A DNA stretch of 64,000 bases. It comes from Planctomycetota bacterium. GTDB taxonomy: Bacteria; Planctomycetota; PLA2; JAEUHO01. Where the stretch lies: assembly GCA_965222115.1 (NCBI GenBank), contig CBDCTJ010000001.1, positions 352,001 through 416,000 of the forward strand. The letters are read 5' to 3'. Below are positions 1 to 10,427 of the stretch, one piece after another; the first letter of the stretch is position 1; the number at the start of each line of letters is the position of its first letter. Under the pieces are notes generated by a model. The model was not told where the DNA came from. It worked only from the letters and a program-made list of their open reading frames with translations, and did no database searches. Position numbers and translations under genes: made by a program.

Positions 1-1260
1 GGTCAACCACTCCCCGGCGTCGATGTTTCCATTCATACACGCCGGTGGAACGCGACGCCAAATACAACCGTTTCTTCGATTCAACCCAATAGCGACCGAG
101 CGTTTCCCGTACCAATCCCAGATGAAACTTTCTACAGCGATTCCACACTTGTCATATCGCTTCCCGCTGGATTCGTGCCCGTTCGTGCGCGCTATGACAA
201 ACGCTCCTACTATGAACCGATCGTCCCGATGCGCGCGGGTGAGATTGGCGGTCGAGTCATCTTTCCGGATTCCCTTTCGCTACCCCGTCCCCTGTCTCTC
301 GAAGCGCGCTGGGACTGGAAGCAAAGTGATCCGCCCTGGCTGGATTACAAGGTTGAAATTCCTGTGGACGAACGCACCGGAGCGTTTCGCTCCCACAAAG
401 TGCCACTCGATCGACCCATCGAGCTATTCCCAAAACACGCCGCGCTGATGAAACTTCGCCTTGTAACGCCGCCAACGATCTCCGTGCGAGCGGGCAAGAC
501 GAACATCGAACTACCGCTTTCTTCAGGTTTGACAATTCAAGGGAAGGTGACTGTATCGGGCGCATCAGGACCCATGCATGTGGTCGCTATACCTACGCGA
601 GGGCATTACACAAACAAGTTTGCCAAGGTTCGCCGAAACGGGACATTTGTACTTGAAGGCGTCTCGCCAGTTCCTCACAGAGTCATACTGTATAGCACAG
701 ACGGATCGGGCATCAAATATGACGAAGCCATCGTTCCCGTGGGCAAGAATGTACACTTCGACATTGGTCGTCTCGATGTCCTCGAGATTCACGGCACCGT
801 ACACAATGGAAAGGATGTGTGGATCTGGGAATCAAGTTCCACCCGAGTACTTGCCAATCTGTATGAATCCTCAGAGATCGACGCTCAAGTAGCAGCCGCC
901 TTGCCCACTCGCTTACGCTACGACGTGGTGCTCGTTGCTGACAACTCAATTGGCTACAAGCTCGGCGTTAAGGCTGGCGATTCGATTCGAATGTCAACTT
1001 CACCCGCAGTATTTGTTGCGGGCGAGGTGGATCGCGAGCCAAGTAAGGATGATCGCTTAGTCTTCATTCCGACGGGTCGAGGCCCCAAGTTTTTGTGCTA
1101 TTTCAAAGGCACATCATTCGTCACGCCAGTCCTGCCTGGCCAGTACGACATCGCGTATCAGCCACGAGCGGGAACGCTGACGACGATTGCCAAGGACGTG
1201 AGCGCGGGTGGACGCGGACTGATGCTTCAATTGCCCACGCGCAAATCCAAGGCCAAGTAG
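1..1260 (+). CDS. Carboxypeptidase-regulatory-like (beta-sandwich repeat) protein, 5'-truncated by the window edge
   Basis: The frame of ORF 175..1260 is open from base 1 (GQPLPGVDVSIH...). Repeated motifs such as 'LTIQGKV', 'GTFVLEGV' and 'LPGQYDI' are typical of these domains. Confidence 0.55.
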   Translation, partial: GQPLPGVDVSIHTRRWNATPNTTVSSIQPNSDRAFPVPIPDETFYSDSTLVISLPAGFVPVRARYDKRSYYEPIVPMRAGEIGGRVIFPDSLSLPRPLSLEARWDWKQSDPPWLDYKVEIPVDERTGAFRSHKVPLDRPIELFPKHAALMKLRLVTPPTISVRAGKTNIELPLSSGLTIQGKVTVSGASGPMHVVAIPTRGHYTNKFAKVRRNGTFVLEGVSPVPHRVILYSTDGSGIKYDEAIVPVGKNVHFDIGRLDVLEIHGTVHNGKDVWIWESSSTRVLANLYESSEIDAQVAAALPTRLRYDVVLVADNSIGYKLGVKAGDSIRMSTSPAVFVAGEVDREPSKDDRLVFIPTGRGPKFLCYFKGTSFVTPVLPGQYDIAYQPRAGTLTTIAKDVSAGGRGLMLQLPTRKSKAK

Positions 1261-1498
1261 CTAAGAGCGGGTCCTCCCGTCCACGCCGACAACTCCGCAT
1301 CGCGTAGGGAAACTTCCCATCAACGAAGTCAAGATCTTTCCGAACTGATGGCGGCGCGAATGTGACGTGTTCTTTACAGTACGTCCATATTGGGCCGATG
1401 TATGCGTGTACGAAGTTTCGGAGAACTGGCCGAGCCGAATGGGGCGGGTACCCTTTTGGAACCGACGGTCATCTTGGCCCGCCAGCGAGACACGACGA

Positions 1499-2518
1499 AT
1501 GTCGATTACCGGTACGAAAAAGCCCAAGGACGGCAATACGCTCAAGGACCGCAGCAAGCCCAAAGACAGCGGCAAGTCGAAGGGATCCCGAAAGCCCAAG
1601 GGCAATAAGAAGATTCGTACGCTTACGAAGAAGCGTGCTGGCGATCTTCCCGTTGCGCCCAGCAGGAGCTACTTGGATATGCTGGCCAAGCGCCTGAAGA
1701 CCAAAGACCGTGAAAAAATCATGAACGCGGCCCTGGCAAAATTTGCAAGCTCCGAGGCCCTTAAGCCCTACCAAGCAGAGCTCATCAAGTTGCAGGCCCA
1801 CCTGGAGCGCACGAAACGCAAACTCATCATTTTGTTTGACGGTCGCGATGCATCGGGCAAGGGCGGCACCATTCGTCGCCTAACGCGCTACATGAATGAG
1901 AAGCACTACGATGTTGTGGCGCTCGGCAAACCAAGCGATGAGCAACGCACCGAACTTCACATGAAGCGTTACATCGAACGCTTCCCTCACGCGGGTGAGA
2001 TCACACTCTTCGATCGCAGTTGGTACAACCGCGCCATGGTGGAACCGGTCATGGGGTTTTGTACGAAGGCGCAGTACCGCAGCTTTATGGCACGTGTAAA
2101 CGACTACGAAGAGAGCTTTATCGCCGACGGAAAGACGACGCTCATCAAGCTCTACTTTTCGGTCACCAAGAAGGAACAGGCGCGTCGCTTTGAGCGTCGC
2201 CGCAACGATCCCTTGCGCCAATGGAAGTTGAGCGAGGTCGATCTTCAGGCGCAGGAGCTCTGGTCGGAGTTCACAAAGGCAAAATACCGACTACTACAAA
2301 AGACCCACACCAAGAAGAACCCCTGGTTTGTCATCCGGTCAGACAACAAACACAAGGCGCGCCTTCAAACCATGAAGCTCATTCTCTCTCGAGTGCGCTA
2401 CCAGGGACGCAGCCGCAAACTCGACTTCACACCCGACCCCAAGATCGTAATTCCCGGGGATGTCGAGTGCCGCCGCATGGAACGAGAACGCCGAAAGTAC
2501 GGCAAGTTTAAGAGCTGA
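1499..2518 (+). CDS. ppk2: Polyphosphate kinase 2
   Basis: Walker A-like 'FDGRDASGKGG', 'FDRSWYNRAMVEPVMGFC' and 'DPLRQWKLS' motifs. The start is set at ATG 1499 (MSITGTKK), which is uncertain. Confidence 0.95.
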   Translation: MSITGTKKPKDGNTLKDRSKPKDSGKSKGSRKPKGNKKIRTLTKKRAGDLPVAPSRSYLDMLAKRLKTKDREKIMNAALAKFASSEALKPYQAELIKLQAHLERTKRKLIILFDGRDASGKGGTIRRLTRYMNEKHYDVVALGKPSDEQRTELHMKRYIERFPHAGEITLFDRSWYNRAMVEPVMGFCTKAQYRSFMARVNDYEESFIADGKTTLIKLYFSVTKKEQARRFERRRNDPLRQWKLSEVDLQAQELWSEFTKAKYRLLQKTHTKKNPWFVIRSDNKHKARLQTMKLILSRVRYQGRSRKLDFTPDPKIVIPGDVECRRMERERRKYGKFKS

Positions 2519-2689
2519 GTCGTGCGCGGCGCCCCCTCGGGCCATTGAGATACGCCCGGCCCACGGATCGCACGCTTTCACGGAAGGAGCGCCCGTGCGA
2601 AGCGGGCGAAACGTTGTGGGTAGACGCTAGAATCTCGGGGCCCCCGGAGCGCGAATGAATCGCCTTTCGGCGCGGCGTGGGAGTGATCC

Positions 2690-4624
2690 ATGAGCATGCG
2701 GACGCGTTTGAGAACTTCAAGGCACTTGTTCTCCGCCCGAGCGCTTTCCTGGGGACTCCTGGTCTGCGCGGCCACGCTCTGCTCCGCCTGTGGGGGTGAC
2801 AAGAAGAAGGACATCACGGCCACCGCCGTGAAGGACTACAAGGTCACCTTCCCCGATCCCGTGCCCTTCAATCCGGACGAGTGGACGACGAACACCGACT
2901 ACCCACTCATTGGCGACCCGCGCGCCAAACGCGATATGCAGGACCGACCATTTGTAGAAGTCTGGCAGTCGTTTTTACCAACGCTTCGATTGGATGGCCC
3001 CAACTCAAATCGAGTCGAGTCTCGAACGATTCAACTCATGATGTATGAATCGTTGATTGATATCCACCCCGAAACCGAAGAGTACATTCCGCTTCTGGCC
3101 TCCCACTGGAAGGTTGAAGAAAACGCAGATGATGGCACACAGACCTTTTGGTTTCGGATTAACGAGAATGCACGATTTTCGGATGGCAGCGAAGTAACGG
3201 CGGACGACGTTCAAGCCACATGGTGGCACCTGTCCCAGGAGGACCGGAAAGACCCCATGCGACGCCTTGTGTTTCATGAAGGGTACGAAGAACCCGAGAT
3301 CATTGATAAGTACATCGTCAAAGTGAAGTCGAAGAAAAAGTCGTGGCGTCAGTTTCTATACTTCGGCGGCATGCTGATTCGACCGGCCAAGTATCTTCGT
3401 ATACCCGGAAAGCAATTCTTAAAGGAGTACAACTGGAAGTATATGCCCGGAACAGGACCCTACTACCTCGCAAGCGGCAAAGACCTCAAGAAAGGCACCT
3501 CCATTACCATCACTCGCCGAAGGGATTGGTGGGCCGAAGACGAGCGCTGGGCCAAACACATGTACAACTTCGGGAAGATCAAGTTCCTCACGATCACGGA
3601 TCGAGAACTACAGTATGAAAAATTCAAGAATGGTGAACTCGATTGGTTCCGCGCAACTCGAGCACAGCGTTGGGTAGAAGAAATACCCAAGGAAAAGATC
3701 GTGAAGAACGGGTGGGTGCAACGCAGAAAGATCTTTAGCGAAGCGCCCGAAGGATTCTCGGGCTTCGCATTCAATATGCGAAAGCCGCCCTTCAACGACA
3801 AGCGCGTGCGTCTCGCATTTGCCCACCTATTCAACCGCAAACGATTGATCAATCGACTCTTCTTCAATGAGTACGACTATATAGATAGCTACTTCCCCGG
3901 GCGTGACTGGGGCGATCCCGATGCCAACGAGAAGATTCGATTTGATCCAGATCGCGCAGAAGAACTTTTGGCAGAAGCAGGGTACAAGGAGCGCGATGAA
4001 GAAGGCTACTTACTCGATAGCAACGGCAAGCGATTTGAAGTCACACTTCCCTATGGCTATCAGAATTGGGAGCGAATTTGGCTAGTCGTCAAAGAAGACT
4101 ACGAGAACGCCGGCATCAAATTCAATCTGGAACTCATCGACGCATCGACACTGATCAAGAAGGTGTCCCAACGTCAATTCGATATTCACTTTCAATCGTG
4201 GGGCGCGCTCCTGTTCCCGAATCCAGAGACATCGTGGCGGTCGGATCTAGCGGAGAAGGACAATAACAACAACCTTCCTGGCTTCAAGAGCAAGAAAGTG
4301 GACGATTTACTCAAGAAGTACGACATAACCATGGATCGAAAGCAGCAGAAGGAGATTATGCGCGAAATCGATCGCACAATCTTTCCAGAGGTTCCTTACG
4401 CGCTCGGTTGGTATGCCGGATACAAGCGCATTCTCTACTGGAACCGATTTGGCCATCCCGATTCGTACTTCACGCGTATTGGGCAAGTACCGCCACGTGA
4501 AATGATGAAGCTTTGGTGGTACGACAAAGACAGGCACGATTCCCTGGAGGCCGCAAAGAAGGCGGGCGACTCACTCCCTATTGGCGAGACAGATGTGAAG
4601 CCATGGGCGGATAAGAAGAACTGA
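2690..4624 (+). CDS. Peptide ABC transporter substrate-binding lipoprotein (family 5, YejA-like)
   Basis: Lipobox 'LCSAC', 'ARFSDGSEVTADDV', 'GTGPY', 'FNMRKPPFNDKRVRLA'. First gene of an ABC operon. Confidence 0.9.
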   Translation: MSMRTRLRTSRHLFSARALSWGLLVCAATLCSACGGDKKKDITATAVKDYKVTFPDPVPFNPDEWTTNTDYPLIGDPRAKRDMQDRPFVEVWQSFLPTLRLDGPNSNRVESRTIQLMMYESLIDIHPETEEYIPLLASHWKVEENADDGTQTFWFRINENARFSDGSEVTADDVQATWWHLSQEDRKDPMRRLVFHEGYEEPEIIDKYIVKVKSKKKSWRQFLYFGGMLIRPAKYLRIPGKQFLKEYNWKYMPGTGPYYLASGKDLKKGTSITITRRRDWWAEDERWAKHMYNFGKIKFLTITDRELQYEKFKNGELDWFRATRAQRWVEEIPKEKIVKNGWVQRRKIFSEAPEGFSGFAFNMRKPPFNDKRVRLAFAHLFNRKRLINRLFFNEYDYIDSYFPGRDWGDPDANEKIRFDPDRAEELLAEAGYKERDEEGYLLDSNGKRFEVTLPYGYQNWERIWLVVKEDYENAGIKFNLELIDASTLIKKVSQRQFDIHFQSWGALLFPNPETSWRSDLAEKDNNNNLPGFKSKKVDDLLKKYDITMDRKQQKEIMREIDRTIFPEVPYALGWYAGYKRILYWNRFGHPDSYFTRIGQVPPREMMKLWWYDKDRHDSLEAAKKAGDSLPIGETDVKPWADKKN

Positions 4625-4683
4625 GCGTGCCACCGGTTGTCGTCGAGCAATAGCGTCAAGAGCGGACGAAGGAGAATCTTCAC

Positions 4684-5769
4684 GTGCACGGGATGGTCAG
4701 CTACTTCATTCGGCGACTGTTGCTAGTACCCGTCACATTCGTTTGTATTACTCTTCTCGTCTATACCGTAATTCGTCTGGCGCCAGGCGGTCCAATCGAG
4801 CAGGCCAAGGTCCAAATGCAGCAAGCCATGGCCAACGAAGGTGGTGGCGGTTCTACAGCATCAGAAAATTTAGACCTCCCCCAAGAAGCAATCGATCAAC
4901 TCAAACAGTACTACAAGCTCGACAAGTCAATTCCCGTTGGCTACCTCATCTGGCTCGGCTTGTACCCCGACGAAGAGAAAGGTGGATTTAGCGGCATTCT
5001 TCAAGGTGACTTTGGCACATCATACCGCTTTTCGGATCCCGTCCTTGACACGATTATTTCAAAGTTCCCGATCTCTATTTACTTCGGCTTGATTGGTTAC
5101 TTACTTACGTGGGTCATCTGCATACCGCTTGGTATCAAGAAGGCACTTAAGCACCGCTCGATGTTTGACACCGGGACATCCATGGCTGTATTCCTGGGCT
5201 ACTCCGTGCCCGGATTTGTAGCTGCGTTGATTCTCATGCTTCTGTTTGCCACAGATCTGATCGGCTTGAATATCTTCCCACTCGGTGGATTCCGATCCGA
5301 CAACTGGCAGGAAATGTGGGACGAGGGGAACTACTGGTGGTGCATCAAGGATCAGTTGCACCACACCGTCATTCCCATCGCGGGATACGTCATGGGAGGG
5401 TTCGCCACCATGACGATTCTGATGAAGAACTCATTACTCGACAACCTAGGCGCCGACTACGTACGCACCGCGTTCGCAAAGGGACTCTCAGAAGGTCGGG
5501 TGACCTATGTCCACGCCCTACGCAACTCACTCATCCCCATATGCGTCGGTGCAGGACACGCGATCGGATTGCTGCTTGCGGGGTCATTCCTCATAGAGAA
5601 GACATGCAACATTCCCGGCATGGGTCTGCTGGGTTACATGTCGCTCGTTGAACGTGACTATCCGGTGCTCATGGGCATTCTGGTGTTTGCGGTGTCGCTA
5701 CGATTGCTGGGGAACATTCTCTCCGATCTAATTCTGGCCTTGGTTGACCCAAGGGTTCGGTTTAGCTAG
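4684..5769 (+). CDS. Peptide ABC transporter permease (YejB/OppB-like)
   Basis: 'YFIRRLLL...LAPGGPIEQ', 'GDFGTSY' and EAA loop 'YVRTAFAKGLSE'. AAGGAG RBS upstream. Confidence 0.92.
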   Translation: MHGMVSYFIRRLLLVPVTFVCITLLVYTVIRLAPGGPIEQAKVQMQQAMANEGGGGSTASENLDLPQEAIDQLKQYYKLDKSIPVGYLIWLGLYPDEEKGGFSGILQGDFGTSYRFSDPVLDTIISKFPISIYFGLIGYLLTWVICIPLGIKKALKHRSMFDTGTSMAVFLGYSVPGFVAALILMLLFATDLIGLNIFPLGGFRSDNWQEMWDEGNYWWCIKDQLHHTVIPIAGYVMGGFATMTILMKNSLLDNLGADYVRTAFAKGLSEGRVTYVHALRNSLIPICVGAGHAIGLLLAGSFLIEKTCNIPGMGLLGYMSLVERDYPVLMGILVFAVSLRLLGNILSDLILALVDPRVRFS

Positions 5770-5786
5770 AGGAGGGCGCGAAACAC

Positions 5787-7181
5787 GTGGGCGTACTATT
5801 CACCGTTCTCCAGCTCGCCGTGGCTCTCTTCTTGGGCTACGCGGTCGCGCACAAAGTGATCCCATGGATCGTCGTACGCGTGGGACGGCTGCTTGGCTTT
5901 CGCATGCAGGCCACCCCCACGACCGCAAAGCGATTGCGCCGATTTCGGTCGATCAAACGAGGCTACTGGTCCTACATCGCCATTACCACGCTGTTTGTTA
6001 CGTCCCTCTTTCTGGAAGTTTTGGTGAACAAGCGGGCCATCGTGGCGTCGTACGATGGAAAGCTTGCTTTCCCGGCAGTGTCTGAATGGCTCGACAAAGC
6101 ACTGTTTTTCGCAAAGATCAATCCGTTCGAGAAGAAGAGCGACTTTGGTCAAATCGGCGATAGCGAAGTGGACTATCGCCTTTTTGAGGATTATTCAGAG
6201 AATCCCGAACTACTGAGAAAGAACGTTGAAGAAAAACGCGCGGAGCTAGACCTGCAGCGCGCGCAGCATAAGGAGAACACGCCCGGGCCCAACGCCAAGA
6301 ATCACCAAAAACGCAAGTGGGAGCGCGAAGCTCGAAAGCTCGCAAAACACGAAGGCCAAATCAAGGAGATGGAGAAGCATCTCAAGGTGTTCGAAAATGG
6401 CAACGCATGGTGCATCATGCCGCTCTACCCCTACTCGCCCGAAGACATACGCGATGAGATAGACGCCCGCCCGCCCAACCCGCCGAGTATGCGTCTCGGC
6501 ATTCCGCTTGGCACCGACGTATCGGGTCGCGACCTTGTGCCGATCATGCTCTACGGATTCCGAATCTCAATACTGTTCGCACTTATCGTCGCCTTCGTGG
6601 GCTATCTCGTCGGGATTGTTGTGGGTGGGTTCCAAGGCTATTACGGTGGCTGGGTAGATATTTTGTCGCAGCGATTCGTCGAGATTTGGGGATCAATCCC
6701 GTTTCTATTCGTAATCATGATTCTCGCCTCGCTCATTAGGCCAGACTTCATTGTGCTGGTGATCATGCTCATAGTTCTCCGAAGCTGGCTTGGAATTACC
6801 TACTACGTGCGCGGCGAGTTCTATCGTGAAAAGTCGAAGGATTATGTTCAGGCCGCTGTAGGAGCGGGTGTTTCCGACTGGAAGATCATTACGCGCCACA
6901 TACTTCCGAATGCGCTGGTTCCCGTTGTCACGTTTGCGCCCTTCGCCATAGTGGCCTATATCTCTACGCTCGTTTCGTTAGATTACCTCGGCTTCGGATT
7001 ACCCCCAGGCACACCTAGTTGGGGCGCCCTGCTTCGTCAGGGACTCGAACGAGTAAAATTTTCCCCACACCTACTCATCGTCCCCACTGTGGCCATGGCC
7101 GCCACGCTCTATTGCGTGGTCATGATTGGCGAAGCGGTGCGTGAAGCGTTCGACCCCAAGGTCTTCTCGAGGTTGAGGTAG
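5787..7181 (+). CDS. Peptide ABC transporter permease (YejE/OppC-like)
   Basis: 'LGTDVSGRD...YGFRIS', 'RHILPNA', 'LDYLGFGLPPGTPSWG', 'GEAVREAFDP'. Confidence 0.92.
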   Translation: MGVLFTVLQLAVALFLGYAVAHKVIPWIVVRVGRLLGFRMQATPTTAKRLRRFRSIKRGYWSYIAITTLFVTSLFLEVLVNKRAIVASYDGKLAFPAVSEWLDKALFFAKINPFEKKSDFGQIGDSEVDYRLFEDYSENPELLRKNVEEKRAELDLQRAQHKENTPGPNAKNHQKRKWEREARKLAKHEGQIKEMEKHLKVFENGNAWCIMPLYPYSPEDIRDEIDARPPNPPSMRLGIPLGTDVSGRDLVPIMLYGFRISILFALIVAFVGYLVGIVVGGFQGYYGGWVDILSQRFVEIWGSIPFLFVIMILASLIRPDFIVLVIMLIVLRSWLGITYYVRGEFYREKSKDYVQAAVGAGVSDWKIITRHILPNALVPVVTFAPFAIVAYISTLVSLDYLGFGLPPGTPSWGALLRQGLERVKFSPHLLIVPTVAMAATLYCVVMIGEAVREAFDPKVFSRLR

Positions 7182-7188
7182 TGATTCG

Positions 7189-8208
7189 ATGAGCCAAGGC
7201 GAACGAAAGAAGCTCCTTGAGGTCAAGGGCCTCAAGACCTATTTCAAGGTCGAAAACCGCGTGGCCAAGGCGGTGGATGGTGTCGACTTTCACATCTACG
7301 AGAACGAGGTGTTTGGACTTGTTGGCGAGTCCGGTAGCGGCAAGTCGGTCACGGCGCTTTCGATCATTCGCTTGATTCCCAATCCACCCGGATGGATCGA
7401 GGCCGGTGAAATCAACTTCCGCGGCAAGAGTATGCTCGACATGCCCATCGAAGACGTGCGCGCGATTCGCGGCAACGACATCTCAATGATCTTTCAAGAG
7501 CCCATGACGGCGCTCAACCCGGTATTCAGCATTGGCTTCCAACTTATGGAGGCCATCCGCGAACACGCCGACGTCGATAAGGACGAGGCACGCGATCGCG
7601 CGGCAGAGATGCTTCGCCGCGTGGGAATTCCCGATCCACGGGCGCGGCTCAAGAACTACCCCCATCAGTTTTCAGGCGGCATGCGGCAACGCGCCATGAT
7701 TGCTATGGCATTGTCGATGCATCCCGCGCTCTTGATAGCAGACGAACCGACCACGGCGCTGGACGTAACGATTCAGGCGCAGATCCTGGAACTCATGTTG
7801 AAGGCACGTGAGGAGACGGGCGACGCCTCGATTCTCCTGATCACACACGACCTCGCCGTTGTTGCCGAAACGTGTCAGCGCGTGGCCGTGATGTACGGCG
7901 GAAAGATCCAAGAGATTGCGCCGGTGGAAGAACTCTTCGCCGATCCCAAACATCCCTACACACGCGGGTTGCTCAAGTCGCTTCCGCGTCCAGACCGCGA
8001 GCGCAAGGCGCGACTCGACGCCATTCCCGGCATCGTGCCAAGCGTCTTTGAGTTCCCCAAGGGCTGTAAGTTCTGGACGCGCTGCGATGAGAAGATCGAC
8101 CTGTGCGAACAGGAGGAGCCGGCGCTCGTGGATGTGGCTCCCGGACGTCGCTGCCGTTGTCACCTCGTAGACGCGATGGAGTCGCCCTCATCGGAGGCGT
8201 CCCAGTGA
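7189..8208 (+). CDS. oppD: Oligopeptide ABC transporter ATP-binding protein
   Basis: Walker A 'GESGSGKS', 'FSGGMRQR', 'ADEPTTALD' and a Cys-rich C-terminal domain. Confidence 0.93.
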   Translation: MSQGERKKLLEVKGLKTYFKVENRVAKAVDGVDFHIYENEVFGLVGESGSGKSVTALSIIRLIPNPPGWIEAGEINFRGKSMLDMPIEDVRAIRGNDISMIFQEPMTALNPVFSIGFQLMEAIREHADVDKDEARDRAAEMLRRVGIPDPRARLKNYPHQFSGGMRQRAMIAMALSMHPALLIADEPTTALDVTIQAQILELMLKAREETGDASILLITHDLAVVAETCQRVAVMYGGKIQEIAPVEELFADPKHPYTRGLLKSLPRPDRERKARLDAIPGIVPSVFEFPKGCKFWTRCDEKIDLCEQEEPALVDVAPGRRCRCHLVDAMESPSSEASQ

Positions 8209-9221
8209 GCGGCTACCAACCCACCGACGACACCATCCTTGAGGTCAAGAACCTCAAGATCTATTACCCGATTCACGCCGGTGTGTTCTTGCGCCATGTG
8301 GGTGACGTCAAAGCCGTGGACGGCCTCAACTTTCACATTCGACAGGGCGAAACGCTCGGCCTCGTAGGCGAGTCGGGATGCGGCAAGACCACCGTCGGCA
8401 AAGGCATCATGAAACTGGTCAAGATCACCGAGGGCGAGCTCAATTTCACCCGCCGTAATGGTGAGACCCTCGACTTGGTGCCCCTCTCGCGCGGCGACAT
8501 GCGGCCCATTCGCGCCGAAATTCAAATGATCTATCAAGATCCCTACTCCTCGCTCAATCCGCGTTGGTCGGTACGCGACATCATCGCCGAACCCATGCGC
8601 GTACACACGCCCAAGATGACGCGCAAGGAACGCGACGAAAAAGTGGCATGGCTGCTTGAGAAGGTGGGACTTCGCGGCGAGCAAGCCCATCGCTACCCCC
8701 ATGAGTTCAGCGGCGGGCAACGTCAACGCGTAGGCATTGCGCGCGCGCTCTCGACGAATCCTCGACTCGTGCTCTCCGATGAACCGGTTTCGGCGCTCGA
8801 CGTGTCGATTCAGGCGCAAGTCATCAACCTCATGCAGGATCTGCAGGAAGAGTTTGGCCTCACGTATCTGTTCATTGCCCACGACTTGTCGGTGGTGGAG
8901 CACATCAGTCACCGCATTGCCGTCATGTACTTGGGCAATATCGTTGAACTCGGGCCGGGCCAGCGCGTATACGAGAACGCGCTGCATCCCTACTCAAAGG
9001 CGTTGCTCTCGGCCGTGCCGCTTCCGGATCCTTCGCTCAAGCGGCCGGAACGTGTCACGCTCGAAGGCGAAGTGCCGAGCCCCCGAGCCAAACCCTCGGG
9101 ATGCGCATTCCGCACGCGCTGCCCACTCGCGGAAGATTCCTGCGCCGAGACAATCCCTCAGCTCCAAGAGCTTGAGAAGGACCACTTTGTTGCCTGCCCG
9201 ATCATTGCCAAGAAGGGCTAG
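8205..9221 (+). CDS. oppF: Oligopeptide ABC transporter ATP-binding protein
   Basis: 'GESGCGKT', 'FSGGQRQR', 'DEPVSALD', 'PSGCAFRTRCP'. The GTG start at 8205 overlaps the oppD TGA (GTGA). Confidence 0.93.
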   Translation: MSGYQPTDDTILEVKNLKIYYPIHAGVFLRHVGDVKAVDGLNFHIRQGETLGLVGESGCGKTTVGKGIMKLVKITEGELNFTRRNGETLDLVPLSRGDMRPIRAEIQMIYQDPYSSLNPRWSVRDIIAEPMRVHTPKMTRKERDEKVAWLLEKVGLRGEQAHRYPHEFSGGQRQRVGIARALSTNPRLVLSDEPVSALDVSIQAQVINLMQDLQEEFGLTYLFIAHDLSVVEHISHRIAVMYLGNIVELGPGQRVYENALHPYSKALLSAVPLPDPSLKRPERVTLEGEVPSPRAKPSGCAFRTRCPLAEDSCAETIPQLQELEKDHFVACPIIAKKG

Positions 9222-9227
9222 CAGGGA

Positions 9228-9758
9228 CTAACTCTCTTCCGACGACTCTTCCGCTTCGGGAAAGCACCACAATGTGATGCGTATGCCATTTGGCGTCTCA
9301 AGTTCGCCGGTGAGCATAGGCGAATCCATATAGTTCGAAACAGGCTTGCTAAACACGATGCCTCGGGCTTCAAGTTCAGTGGCCACATTCTTGAGGTCCT
9401 TCACCATAAATCCAAAGTCCAAGCATTCCGGCGGCATGGCCTTGAGCTTTTCGCTTGCGGGAATCACGCTAAAGAAAAACTCCCGCTCGGGACTCGTAAA
9501 CATGGCGAAGTCGGCACTAAACGCATTCACCGACAGGCCGAACACGTCATAGTAGAATCCGATTTCGGCCGCATAGTCTTCGACCGCATAACCAATGCAC
9601 TGGTTCCAACACGACCCGAATGCAAATGGAAACTTGTATTTAGGTGGCGTCCAACGCTCCTTCCATTCGTCGGGCGTCTTAAGCTCTGCGGCGAGCTTGA
9701 GCCGCGCGTTACCGATTTCACGATACCGTTCCGTGGTTTCGGCTGTATTCGTACTCAT
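9228..9758 (-). CDS. VOC/glyoxalase family protein
   Basis: 'YAVEDYAAEIGFYYDVFGL', 'FMVKDL...LEARGI', 'TPNGIRITL'. GAGGA RBS. Confidence 0.75.
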   Translation of the reverse strand: MSTNTAETTERYREIGNARLKLAAELKTPDEWKERWTPPKYKFPFAFGSCWNQCIGYAVEDYAAEIGFYYDVFGLSVNAFSADFAMFTSPEREFFFSVIPASEKLKAMPPECLDFGFMVKDLKNVATELEARGIVFSKPVSNYMDSPMLTGELETPNGIRITLWCFPEAEESSEES

Positions 9759-9963
9759 GCGCGTTCCTCAGGCATTAGGTGCAGGTCAACCATAGCACAT
9801 CCGCTGCGTCCATTTCCAGCAGGCTCGAGCGCCGCGCTCGATCGGGAAAAAGAGGCCGGCAGCGACCCGAGTCTCGGCGGCCCACGGCAGCCGTGTGAGC
9901 CATGCAAGCTCATCGTTTCGGCGCTACTCGATACGCACATCCGCACCGTCATAAGCACACCGC

Positions 9964-10287
9964 CTACGCCACGTGGATTCGCTCCACAGGCTTCTTGTCG
10001 CTACCGGCGACGGCGCTCTTCATGACGTATTCGCGTAAATGCACGCAGGTAGCATCATGGCGTGTTGCACAGGGCAAACACATCAGCGCCTCACGTACAA
10101 TTTCCCACCCAACCCCGCCGGGGTCATGGGGACGAAACCAAACCCACTTCTTCTTCTCCTTCTTATAGCGAAGGATGAAGCGATTGGCTTTCTCGCGTTT
10201 CGGATAGGCCTTAGGCCGAAGCTCCGTCGCGCGTCGTGTGGATCGCCCAGCACGGGCCTCACCACAACTCTCACAGCGAAATGACAT
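9964..10287 (-). CDS. Small basic C2-C2 zinc-ribbon-like protein (hypothetical)
   Basis: CESC near the N-terminus and CLPC about 60 aa later, flanking a K/R-rich loop and 'DPGGVGWEIVRE'. A candidate promoter lies upstream. Confidence 0.65.
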   Translation of the reverse strand: MSFRCESCGEARAGRSTRRATELRPKAYPKREKANRFILRYKKEKKKWVWFRPHDPGGVGWEIVREALMCLPCATRHDATCVHLREYVMKSAVAGSDKKPVERIHVA

Positions 10288-10427
10288 CTCGCTGCAGCGG
10301 GTATCCACTCCCTGTTTCGTCAATCAGAGACGTCTCATCGATCAGAGACGCCGAGGCCCGCCTGCGTATAGATATGTTCAAGTTTGATTCCCGAATGAAT
10401 GCGCACCATCGCGCTCGGGACCCGCGA

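Noticed and set aside
10305-10350. CTGA..GA / GAAAC words suggesting a hammerhead ribozyme (minus strand)
   Set aside because: The core is not CUGANGA, and stems I-III cannot be assembled.
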